A stretch of DNA of 63,769 nucleotides, the filler included, from Octopus bimaculoides (Eukaryota): assembly GCF_001194135.2 (NCBI RefSeq). It is 6 parts of 6 records of this genome, joined end to end, with 100 filler letters (N's around TTAATTAATTAA, not from the genome) between each part and the next. Parts side by side here need not be neighbours in the genome. Positions count along the whole stretch, not along the records: positions 36,218 to 61,006 come from NC_068996.1; positions 61,107 to 63,769 come from NC_068990.1; 4 more parts are not named here. One strand, 5' to 3'. Each line of letters begins with the position of its first letter. The first letter of the stretch is position 1. Both the position numbers and the translations under genes were made by a program. Below the pieces are notes generated by a model. It worked only from the letters and a program-made list of their open reading frames with translations. It did no database searches and had not been told where the DNA came from. Below are positions 50,067 to 62,341 of this stretch, in pieces.

Positions 50067-51204
50067 CATGTCTGTCTGTCTGTCTGCCAGTCTGCCTACC
50101 TACCTACCTACCTACCTACCTACCTACCTACCTACCTACCTACCTACCTACCCACCTGCCTGCCTGCTTATCCGGCTGTCTTTCTGTCTGTCTGTCTGTC
50201 TACCTGTCTATCTACCTAATATGCGTGTGCGTTTTTAACGGTGAAACCTGCGCCGAAAAATCATTTTAATACTACTCACAAATTCGGTTTATTTGTTCAG
50301 TTAACGTGTGTCGCTTTCACTTGCTCGTATATTAAAACATCTTATGCATTGATTTCTAATACATGTATATGTAAATGCCGTCTCTACTTAAATATATACA
50401 CACACATACACGCTAACGTTAGTGTAGAACAGAATTCATACAGTAGGTATTTTAATATATTCTTGTAATCGTATTGTTTCGCAAACAGAAACTGAAAGCG
50501 AGAGAGAGAGCGAGGGAGGGGGGAGACGGGAAAGTGAGATAGCGAAAAAAAAATAGAGACAGAAATAGGTGGGAGATAAGAATGATAGGGCAAGAAGTAT
50601 AGCTAAGTGTGTATCTTTCAGAGCTTATGTAGCGTTTCAATTTGAGGATTTCTCCTCTGAACAAAATCTTTATATTCCCCTTCCGCTACAGTTTTCATAT
50701 TCATAATTTTGAAATCTTTTCCCCTTCCCTGCTCCGGTGTTTGTGTTATTTGTTCTTATGAATTCTCTGCTAATACCCAGGAGGACGCTACTTATGTTTC
50801 ACTTTCTTCCGTCTTTCCTACAGTCTTTAAACATTTGATTTCACAGACCAGCAGTTTTATTTCACTTCTTTCTGAACCAAATGCTGATGATATATATGGA
50901 GTCAAGTTTAAGCAACCATTTCTCTTATCTTTTCGTCGTTTTAGTTCAACTGCAGACGATTACAAAGACAGATGATATACTTTAAATGCAAGAAGTATCC
51001 TACCTTATAATCTTTTCTACTCTCGGCACAAGACCCGAAATTTTGGGAGCATCTCGGTCTACTGAACTTCACTTACAATGACGACACGGTAGAAAGCAAA
51101 CTGTGCGCAACATATCACGCAAAGACATCGAACCCTAAATCATGTCTTTGCAAAATGAAATACATTTGAATTCATGTTGGTTTATTCATTATAAGGTACA
51201 GTAC

Positions 51205-51585
51205 TTAACACGGCGGGCGAAATGCTTATTTCGTCTGTCTTTCCGTTCTGAGTTCAAATTCCGCCCAGGTCGACTTTGCCTTTCATCATTTCGGGGGTCG
51301 ATAAATTATGTACCAGTTGCGTACTGGGGTCGATCTAATCGACTGGCCCCCTCCTTCAAAATTTGGGGCCTTGTGCCTAGAGTAGAAAAGATTATAAGGT
51401 ACGGCACTAAGGCGGCGAGCTGGCAGAATCGTTGGCACGCCGGGCGAAATGCTTAGCGGTATTTCATCTGCCGCTTCGTTCTGATTTCAAATTCCGTCGA
51501 GGTCGACTTTGCTTTTCATCCTCTCGGGTCAATAAATTAAGTACCAGCTGAGAACTGGGGTCGATCTAATCGACTGGCTTCCTCC
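51205..51585 (+). mobile_element. SINE family B head-to-tail pair
   Basis: Two copies joined after GTAGAAAAGATTAT. Confidence 0.85.
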
Positions 51586-51859
51586 GCTGTATTTTTATAT
51601 CAACGGTGGATTACAGAATCTGTCAGTCGAATAACGATACTTATACTTCGTGGTATTTTGTTCCATTCCGGGTATCAACCCAGTCGAATTTGCTCTTCTT
51701 TCATGTGATAAATGGTTATTAGACAACGTTCCGGAGTCTATAAAATCCCTGAATGGAGTTGGGGCGCACACATACACACACACACATACACATACACACA
51801 TCATACATTCACAATATAGTGTTGCTTATATTTACCAGATCTTTGAACGCCAGTGGAAC

Positions 51860-52260
51860 CCACGATTTACATTTTATATTTCGTTCATCAAATTTGTAAT
51901 GCGTGATTCTCTTGACAGCGTGCACGCATTGCGAAAGTGTTTTGGTTTATTTTCATTTCTTCATTTTGGTTTTAGTGACATAGCCAACCCCTTTATCATA
52001 GGGGAATCTCTTGGTCTTAGTTTACTTCCACTGATTTAGAAAGGATGTCCATTATTAGAGCTTTTGGTTTAGTTGAAGAGCTTTGTCACTACTGTGCCAT
52101 ACTAATCTATTGCATGTTGGTACAAATACTTTGGCTGACAGTTTCTTATTCAGTTTACTCGAAGCAGACGATATAGTTCTAGATACACGGAGTCGAAAAG
52201 AAGGATGTGATGGTCACCTCTGGAACATATTTGATCATAGTCAGAGCTAAGATGGGGTTA
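51860..52260 (-). mobile_element. Very degenerate RTE-like 3' fragment
   Basis: GSKLRPRDSPMIKGLA resembles the RTE GKRPRGRP..DGL region. Confidence 0.35.
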
Positions 52261-52378
52261 AACAACGTATCACTTTTTGTTTACTTATACATTTTGTTAA
52301 ATTTTGGTTTCCTTGAATTTTTATCTACCTAGCATCATGTGTTTGTATATGTGTGTGTTTTGTGTTTGTGTGTGTGTG

Positions 52379-52431
<53 letters not shown>

Positions 52432-52880
52432 CCGTGCGTATAGACGTGTGGTATAATTGATTATCATCATCAAAACATTTTAGCATAACAAAAAAATTCG
52501 TAATTCCGCATCACACCACCTGTTTTGCGTGTTCATTTTTCTGGAAGTGTATGAGAGAATAACTCATTCCTATACAAGTTACTGTTATCATGTCAACTGG
52601 GATCACAATTTCCATTGTCTTCTGCATGTGAGACTCAGCATACAGATGTGTTTATCTGTGTCTGCTCTCTATTGATAAGTGTGTCCGTCCGATGTGACGA
52701 ATCTGTAAGTAACCCTTTTTAACAAGCATATGGACATGAACCCAAATATTTCCAACCAATGAAAAATTATCTGCATTTTGCCGACCTTTACTGCCTTTTC
52801 CTGCATTTTGCGCACTAATTATGTTTTACCTACCCTTCTCTCTCCGTTCTCCTCTCTCTCTCTCTCTCTCTTCATCTGTC

Positions 52881-52951
<71 letters not shown>

Positions 52952-53019
52952 TGCACGCACACACACATAAACACACACATGTATGTATGTATGTATTATG
53001 TATATATATCTATGTCTTT

Positions 53020-53235
53020 GTGTCTTTGTGTCTCTGTCACCTCCCCCACATCTTGACAACCGGTGTTGGTGTGTTTACACCCTCGTAACTTAGCGACCCA
53101 GCAAAAGAATAGCTAGAATATGTACCAAACTTTAAATGAAAAGTATTGGGGTCGATTCGTGCGACTAAAATTATTTAAGGCGATGCCCCAGCATGGCCGA
53201 AGTCAGATGACTGAAGCAGGAAAAAGAGAATAAAG
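53020..53235 (+). mobile_element. SINE family A 3' half
   Basis: CTTGACAACCGGTGTTGG..CAGCATGGCC..GACTGAAGC. Confidence 0.8.
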
Positions 53236-53473
53236 GAAGAAGAAAAGAATATATACGGTAGTTTCTGCAATTAGAATTCTTGCTGTTTCGAGAGCATTCT
53301 TGAAGAATTCCTATTGGAAGGAAACAGGTAGACATATGTAGCATTTAGTCTTGTTTCACTAAATTATATAATCTATTCCGCAGTTCAACCTCAGTTGTAT
53401 CCTTTACACAGTCTGTGCCTTGTCGTGTCCATTAAATGAACATTACAACACGCGTACATACACACAGACACAC

Positions 53474-53521
<48 letters not shown>

Positions 53522-53879
53522 NNNNNNNNNNNNNNNNNNNNNNNNNNNNNNNNNNNNNNNNNNNNNNNNNNNNNNNNNNNNNNNNNNNNNNNNNNNNNNN
53601 NNNNNNNNNNNNNNNNNNNNNNNNNNNNNNNNNNNNNNNNNNNNNNNNNNNNNNNNNNNNNNNNNNNNNNNNNNNNNNNNNNNNNNNNNNNNNNNNNNNN
53701 NNNNNNNNNNNNNNNNNNNNNNNNNNNNNNNNNNNNNNNNNNNNNNNNNNNNNNNNNNNNNNNNNNNNNNNNNNNNNNNNNNNNNNNNNNNNNNNNNNNN
53801 NNNNNNNNNNNNNNNNNNNNNNNNNNNNNNNNNNNNNNNNNNNNNNNNNNNNNNNNNNNNNTATATACATATGTATTTA

Positions 53880-53920
<41 letters not shown>

Positions 53921-54070
53921 CTACATCATATATATATATGTACACACATATATATATATGTACATACATACACATATACACGTCTGTGTGTGTACATATA
54001 TTAATATATATATATATATATGCATATATATATATAATCTATTCCTACAGTTAGAGTTAAACAGACATAC

Positions 54071-54274
54071 CTTGTTCCTTACACAATTTCTAATAATATT
54101 ATCCGCTTCACCTTCTGTAGATGTGATTTCTATATTCTCTTCTAAGCTATCTTCTTGCACATCGTCAACATTCTGAGTACTGCGCTTTTTAAGATTCGCA
54201 TCTACTTCCAGGTTAATGGGGAAGTTCGCTCGGGTTTCTTCTATTTTATTGGTTGTCAAACCATAGTTCCTAAC
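54071..54274 (-). CDS. Candidate phase 0-0 coding exon, 68 aa, unknown acidic protein
   Basis: Open frame VRNYGL..NCVRNK between TATCAG and a strong donor AAG|GTATGT; acceptor is weak. Confidence 0.3.
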
Positions 54275-54300
54275 CTGATACGTAGTTGTGTTACTTATAG

Positions 54301-54343
<43 letters not shown>

Positions 54344-55231
54344 GCAAATATATACACACATATCTCATAGGCATACACATATGTTAATTTCTCTTTATGC
54401 CCCATGACTTACCAATTCATTAAACAGGATTCAATGAAATAAGTAAAATAAGTAGTGGAGCTCGATTAGATCCTTGAAGGCAGTATTCCTTCTTGACTGC
54501 TACGCAATGAATGAAATCAGTAAAACACTAAAAGAATAAGTGTTTGTACGTGTTTGTGTGTGTGTGTGAGTAAGTGTGTGTATGCGCGTGCGCGTTTATG
54601 TCTTCAAGCATATTGTATATACAACTTAAACAAGTTTAGGAGTGTTTTTATACAAAGATACGTGCACTATATCAGTGTTTGATAGCGAGTGATTTGAGGA
54701 GGAAGTGAGGGAGAAAAAGCAATGTGCGTGAGTGTGTATGTGTGTGTGTATGTGAGTGAGTGTGCAAATGCGTTTGTATGTGCGTCAGTATTTTATATTC
54801 GTGCATATACGGGAAGGGATAAATATATTAAAAACAAAATACGTGTCCTGACATGTTGACACTTGTCCCAAAACGCTCTAAATCCTTCTTGTCGTTTACG
54901 TTTATGTTAACCCTAGCTGAGCGACAGTCTTATTAATTTCTAACAGACACACCTTATTTTAGACCGGTGGTGATTATAGTCGACTATGCTGATTTCCGCA
55001 CTTGACTGGTACTTAATTTTATCGATTACAGGAGAATGATGGGCAAAGCTGACTTCGCGTGATTTCAACTTAAATATCGCAAAATATTTTGTCCACTGCT
55101 TAACTGATTCTGTCAAGAGCTAGCTGTTTCCCCTCTGCATTATGCAGACGTAATGCGAGGGTGAATACCATTGGAGAAGAGACAAGATTTTCATGATCTT
55201 TCATCGATATTTAAGAATAAGTTCTTATTTC

Positions 55232-55274
<43 letters not shown>

Positions 55275-55529
55275 TTACTTCTTTTTTTATTGGCACCATC
55301 AAAAAAAAAGAAAAAAAAAAGAGACAGTTTCTATGCTTATCATTGCAAAACTTTCACGCTCTGATGGAAGAGAAGAAAAATTAACGAGTCACGGATTAGC
55401 TATTAACAATTAATTTGGTCTCTAACATTTTTAGCGTAAGACATGAATGTCATAAGCCTTTATTTCCTCAAAAGTATCCCTTCCACCATTCGCTTTCATC
55501 TGTTTTACTATTACATTCTTTTATTCTTT

Positions 55530-55756
55530 ACTTCTTTCACTTGTTTCAGTCATTTGACAGCGGCCATGCTGTAGCACAACCTTTAGTCGAGCAAATCGAC
55601 CCCAGGACTTAAGTTTTGTAAGCCCAGTACTTATTCAATCGGCCTCTTTTGCCGAACCACTATATTATGGGGACGTAAACACACTAACATCGGTTGTCAA
55701 GCGATGGTGGGGGGGGGAAAACAGACACAAATACGTACATACACACGTATATGCAT

Positions 55757-55795
<39 letters not shown>

Positions 55796-55940
55796 CGACG
55801 GGCTTCTTTTAGTTTCCGTCTACCAAATCCACTCTCAAGGGTTTGGTCGGCCCGAGGCTATAGTAGAAAACACTTGCCCAAGGTACCACTCAGTGGGACT
55901 GAACCCGGAACCATGTGGTTGAGAAGCAAGCTTCTTACTA
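55530..55940 (-). mobile_element. SINE family A, full length
   Basis: Both halves with CpG retained. Confidence 0.9.
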
Positions 55941-56933
55941 CATGGTCCATATTATGAAAGTTATCAATCGCAAAGTAAGATTTCTTTCTTTTTATCGGTT
56001 TGCACAAGAGAGTGTTATGCTTGTAGTCGTCACAGGCTCTTTGAGACGAATGAGAGTGATGAACGTTTTGGAAAGCAATGCCTGATAAAAAAAAAATACA
56101 TGCAGATGGTTGAACGTTGTAACGACGAAGGAATGAATATAATGGTTCGGCCGAGTCAAGTAGATTTGGATACGATATACGTGATGAAGGGAACATTTTA
56201 CTCAGAAGAGACGGCACGAAACTGGCCAGTCTCAAAGAAAGTATTAATAAAGTTTTGATGTTGAAGTGAAAGGTTAGAAATTTGTATTTAATACTGAGAA
56301 GGAAATTAGAAGATGCTAAGCTTTCTGGGTCTAAAGAGAAAATCGGTTTTTGCTAGGGTAAGATTATGCACGCACTAGGAGAAAGCATCAGAGATGGAAA
56401 AAGGGAGAAAGAGAGAAAGGGAGAGAGAAAGAGAAGGAAAGAGTGAGAGAAAGAGAGAGAGAGAGAGAGCTTTGTTTTGAAGGACGAACTCTCAGTCCTT
56501 TACTGGTTCTAGTTCGTCGAAATAAACCAAACTTAGTGGACTATTTGGTGGGTTTCAAGGAAGCAAAAGAGATCATGGCATTTTCTGGCTATTCCAGATT
56601 GTTGAGATTGATGTCCAAAGAATTGAAGCCGTTAAATTAGCATCAGAAAAGGCAGAAAAAAGAGGGAGCTCACATGTGGGCCAGGAACTTGAAATTCTCT
56701 GTGACTTTATGGTAATCAGTTGGATGGCCCTTTTCGGAATGTGAGCTAAGTGGGTGTGTGTGTTCATCACCAGAAACACCACAGATGTGAGAGCAGCTTA
56801 AACGTATTACATTGAAGCTTCAGCTACGCATGCCGACGACATATCTATCAGATTTATACTTTGTACCAATGTTAGATATGAATATTAACATATCGTTTTG
56901 GGGACGGCGGAGTGAAAAACATACTTTAGTTTG

Positions 56934-56946
56934 TATTATTATTATA

Positions 56947-57005
<59 letters not shown>

Positions 57006-57022
57006 CATCACTATTGTTGTTG

Positions 57023-57080
<58 letters not shown>

Positions 57081-57157
57081 CATCATCATCATTATTATTG
57101 CTGTTGTTGTTGCTGTTGCTGTTGTTGTTGTTGTTGGTGGTGGTTGTGGTGGTGATG
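56934..57157. repeat. Compound (ATT)n/(GTT)n/(GGT)n microsatellite
   Basis: Read directly from sequence. Confidence 0.95.
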
Positions 57158-59207
57158 TTTAGTACCACGTTAGATCTCATCCAGCAAGTCTATGACGAAA
57201 GCACAATGACAATCCTACCTTCTTTTCATGCATTTAACCTACCCAACCCCAAGCATGCCATGCGATCACAGAGAGACTCGCTCGTCAGCTTTGGGATTGA
57301 TTTGATAACCGCCAGAAATGTATTGATTCAAATAAACTCTGGAAGAAACATGTGCTGAAATTATACCCTTTCACTGTAACGAAGTCGTCTTGTGTAAGAA
57401 ATTATAATTAATAAATTAGATTCTGATAATTTATATTTCTTAAGATATATCATGAGGCGCAGATATAGCTGCTTTGTTAACAACATGAACCGGGCTAGCC
57501 TCGGACAAAACCGATTCCTTGTTAGTAAAAGTTTTTGGTAAAACATGAGCGGACGCCCGTCGGTTATGTATTAGAGCAGGGTAAACAGAATTTGTGTATC
57601 ACACAATAATATTTTGCATTTAGAAAATCGATAAGGTACTGGATATGATTACTGGGTTCGATATAATCCTTTAGATAGAATGCCCTCCTTCTCCAAAGAG
57701 TGCTATGTAATAATATGGGTATGTAATTAGATCATTTAAGAACATTTATCTTTGTCATGCCACGTCAGGAGTTCAAACATTATTTCCTCGTTATTAATTT
57801 GTAGTTTTTTTTAGTTGAAAATACGTTTCATGAAATAGAAAATGAATATGCCGTTGTATGTCAGATATTTTATTAAAATCATTTAATAAGTAATCGTAAA
57901 TTATTTGGAACTGAGCATCAACTACAACGACGACGATGACGATGACAACAACAGAAACCTCAACAACTGCAAAAAAAAAACAAAAAAAACTGTGATGTTC
58001 TCTTAAATATTTATATAATTTACACAATAACCCCACTGGCAACATACTTTTATACTTTTAAAAGAAAAATGTGATCTGAGCGAGATTTTGCTCCTAATTT
58101 CTGTCATTTCAAAACCCACGTAGACTCACTGGTGAGTAATCACTCGTCTACAATTAAATTTGAAACCACCCATTAAAGACATCTCTAAATATCATTAAAG
58201 ACCAGTTTAAACCTTAAGTTTGGAACAGTAAGATACTGTCAGCTGTTTTGAACCTATAAATTTGAAAAATGAATTTTTCCTTACTTTTCTCAGTATAGCC
58301 ATATGCTCCACTGGTTTTCATGCACTTATAATTCACTCCTGACATTTCATTTGCAATTTCTTATTGACGTAGAATCTACCTCGATGGTTCGACTTACACG
58401 TGATTGTTATTGTTACCCATAACAAAAAAAGGTGGCCATAACCCTGCATATAGATTTTCTTTTCTGGAAATTCTTCCAATTCGATGTTTGAAACACTCAT
58501 GTATGCTTTTCTTCAATTATAATACCATTGAAATATAGGATTCTTTATAAAAAAATGAAATTGATCCTCGTGCTTGACTGATGCATTATTATATAGAACC
58601 CCGCCTCAGAAAAATGAGAGGCAAATTTAACCTCGACAGGAATTGAACTCGGAAATGAAATACCGATGTTCTATCGATTCTACCAACTCTCATTTATCAT
58701 TATCGCTGGATGTCAATACTTCTGTATGCAGTTTACTCAGTGCATAAGGTGCTCTTGGTTTATTAATTTTACTCGATTGATGGCCATTTAAAGTAATGTT
58801 TAAATACAAAAATAGGCTTGATAGATATAAATTCTACGTTTACGATGGATTTTCTCTGATAGCCCTCTATGTGAATAAAGTACTACCAAAGCTATTAGCT
58901 TCTCATTAAGCATGTTATGTCTCAAGCATTCCATTACCATCTATTACCGCCTTCTGCCACCTAAATAGTTACATTGTTATTACCAGTAGAAAGGAGTGCT
59001 TCGCGCTTTGATCTAAGAAACAAATGAGATGAAAGTAATTAAAGCATTCGAGAATTACTAGATTTCTTCTTCTTCTTCTTTTATGCATGTGACTCATTAA
59101 AAGTAATTAGTGGTGTTAACTAAATTAATGTAGTATAAGAGATCTTTTCTGTTGCGAAGAGAAGTGCAGTGAAACGAAGTGAAAAATAGAGATAGATAGG
59201 TAGATAG

Positions 59208-59238
<31 letters not shown>

Positions 59239-59265
59239 AAGAGAAAGACAGAAANNNNNNNNNNA

Positions 59266-59338
<73 letters not shown>

Positions 59339-60093
59339 AAACAAATCCATTTTCATTTAAGACATTTTGAATTTATGTAATAGTTTTGTCTGGAGGTTAA
59401 CTTCGTAAATACAAGTGGCGATATAAATACATGAATGGACACCGCGTTGCTTATGTCGAATATAAAGCTCTTATCAACTGCGGGGAATTCAGTTTTTGTC
59501 TTGTTCATAATTTGTCATTATAATCTATTCCGGATACAGTCACACCAAATGTGTTTTCCTTTTTCTCCCCCGCAATGTTTGACTGTGACGATAGGGTGAT
59601 TATAAAAAGCATTACGTTAAGCGGAATAACATACAATATATTAATTCATGAACAACAATGTCACGGCTCAAATTAAGTGATTTGGGGTCAGAGTTTTGGC
59701 TGTATCACAATAACCGTTATACGAGTACAAGCACAAATTATAATTTCTTTTTTCACTTATCTCACTGAATGGAACGAACTAATTCCTTAATCTCAAGAGA
59801 TTGCTACGAATTTAAACTATACTGTCCTGATACTGGTCTAGGTTATATTAAGTGCAGTTAACATTCTTCATAAAATTATGGAGATAAAAGAAAAAAAAAG
59901 AAAACAAAATATGCACAATTATGTTATTCTGTTTACTGATTCAGTCAAATTGCTCGAAAAGGTGACTATGAAAACAGATCAGTTTTAGGGTGTCAAGCAG
60001 AGGCTAATGAAATTCATGTGATATTAGCGACTATATTAGGATGAAACAAAGAGAAAATCACAATCCGATAGTTTTACTGAAGTTGAAGATAAA

Positions 60094-60157
60094 TTCCGTT
60101 CTGAGGAAAGGTAAAGCTATACCAGGCGAGCCGGGACTCTTACGAAACATAACGGAA
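60094..60157 (+). ncRNA. Degenerate minimal hammerhead motif
   Basis: TTCCGTT-CTGAGGA..GAAA-CAT-AACGGAA: perfect 7-bp stem I; stem III ACAT (ACGT expected) and one nt short; irregular stem II. Confidence 0.45.
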
Positions 60158-60639
60158 GAAGGAAACAACGCACTAATGTTCACACACGCCCGCGCTCGCG
60201 CACACACACACATATACACGCGTATAGTTCTGTTAAGCTATATGCAAACAAACCAGTGGATACCAGAATACGTTTAAGTTTGAAAAATGTCGGAGGGATG
60301 AGATTGGAGAGACTTACAGCAAGATTCGTTTAACACTCACTGTTGACATTCTTTTTGTTCTTCTTCTCCCACCGGAAGTACCTTTCGCTGCTGACTAACT
60401 TCCTAGCTAGCCCGTAGCGAAGTTCCTGTCCACAGTTTGTCTGTCATGAATCTTGCCCTACGCGCACACAGTTTCCATTTGGGGAATTCCACTTATAAGG
60501 GATTTGTAAGTACGATAGAATTCACCTCCCAGAGTGCCGTGTATTGGGATTCAACCTTACAATACGTGGTTGCGAATAGAGCTCCTTACGTATGCAACCA
60601 AGCACGCGCTTATGAATTTTTGTTCGTAGCAAAACCCCG

Positions 60640-60900
60640 TGGCCTGGTAGTGAACATCTAGCTTTGATTAAATAATAGACATCGCTAAGATGGCAAGCTG
60701 GCGGAATCGTTTGCATGCCGAGCAAAATGGTTTGCGGCATTTCGTCAGTCTTCACGTTCTGAATTCAAACGCTGCCAGGGTCGACTTTGCCTTTCATCCT
60801 TTTGGTGGCTGATAAAATAAGTACCAGTTAAGCACTGGGGTCAATGTAAACAACTTACTCTCACCTCCGAAATTGCTGGCTTTCAGCCAAAATTTAAACC
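60640..60900 (+). mobile_element. SINE family B
   Basis: AAGCTGGCGGAATCGTT..GGTCGACTTTGCCTTTCATCC..ATAAAATAAGTACCAG. Confidence 0.85.
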
Positions 60901-60963
60901 AATATATTATATATACCGTATTGAGTACTCTGTCTCCTGTTTGCATACACCAACGAACGCCCA

Positions 60964-61006
<43 letters not shown>

Positions 61007-61329
61007 NNNNNNNNNNNNNNNNNNNNNNNNNNNNNNNNNNNNNNNNNNNNTTAATTAATTAANNNNNNNNNNNNNNNNNNNNNNNNNNNNNNNNNNNNNN
61101 NNNNNNTATATATGCATGTAAGTATATATGTATATATGTCAGATATACTGCTTTACTGCTTAAGGCGACAAAGATTATTATAAAAGGAAAATGCAGCAAT
61201 GATTCTACATGCTCTGTGTTTGAAAGACTAGCTGCAACTGATGGGGAACGGGAAACAACGTGAGCATGCATACGTAGATAGAAAGTGTTAAGAGAAGGAA
61301 ACTAGATGAGAAAGTGGGGAGATCGTTAT

Positions 61330-61600
61330 TCAGAGGACTGTGTAACCACCTCATCACTTATGTTCATCTCTTTTATTGATTTATTTCACTTCACCTTGGA
61401 GTTAACCTCTAGCCATTACTTTCCTCGATATCTCCACTACCACCGACAATATTCACTTCACCTGTCCAGATCCTTCTACTACAAGCTTACTAATTCCCAC
61501 TTTTATCTTCGCTATTCTTCCTCTCATCTCAAGCACAGTAAATCTGCTACATTGTTGTCTTAATTCTTTCGGTATCAATCTGAGCAATTATTGTATATAC
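61330..61600 (+). mobile_element. Penelope-like element reverse transcriptase fragment
   Basis: FISFIDLFHFTLE..FYYKLTNSHFYLRYSSSHLKHSK matches the PLE RT motif FT.E..YxKPTxSHxYLxYxSSHPxHxK. Confidence 0.7.
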
Positions 61601-62273
61601 CAATTACATTAAGTCATTAGAAGCAGTTTTACCTGAACTCTCAATCTTTCTTTCTTTTATTTGCTTGTTTCTTTCTTTCTCCGTCTCTCCCTCTCTTCCT
61701 CTATATGTCTTATTGTCTTTTCTTGTAATGGCATTCACCCGAGAGTTGGGGTTGAAACCGACTCCTATTAAGTTCATGGTTGTGACTGCATAGGAGTTTC
61801 AAGGTACGATCAGAATCCACGAAAACAGTTCCCGTCTGTATTCGTAAGCCACCATGCACGATCGGTAGCAGGTCGTCCTCGTGTTACTCCTTCTCGTCGC
61901 AGGATGCTCGCAGACGTAATCCAACACTACCACAAAGCCGCCGGATTCCGAAACAAAAGCGGTTTGGAATTCACAATTGCTCTCCAGTTGGCCAGTTTGC
62001 GGTTTCAGACCTGTCCCGTTTGAGTCGCCCTACCAAGGACTCCAAATCCCTGATGGCATTACTCTGACACTCGCTCGTTTAAATTTCCCACTTCCACTTC
62101 TGTACACACATACACACACACACACACATACACACACACACACACACATACATGCATACATACATACATACATACATAATCGATGCTGTAGAAACATGTG
62201 TAGGTCTATTTTAAGTTGTTTATAGATATATAAAAAGGAATTAAAGGTAATGCTATGTTACTTCGTAATATCC

Positions 62274-62341
<68 letters not shown>

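Noticed and set aside
57245-57296. Minus-strand CTGACGA with stem I and stem II-like pairing
   Set aside because: GAAA is replaced by ATGG and position 17 is G; the sequence looks like an unrelated repeat.
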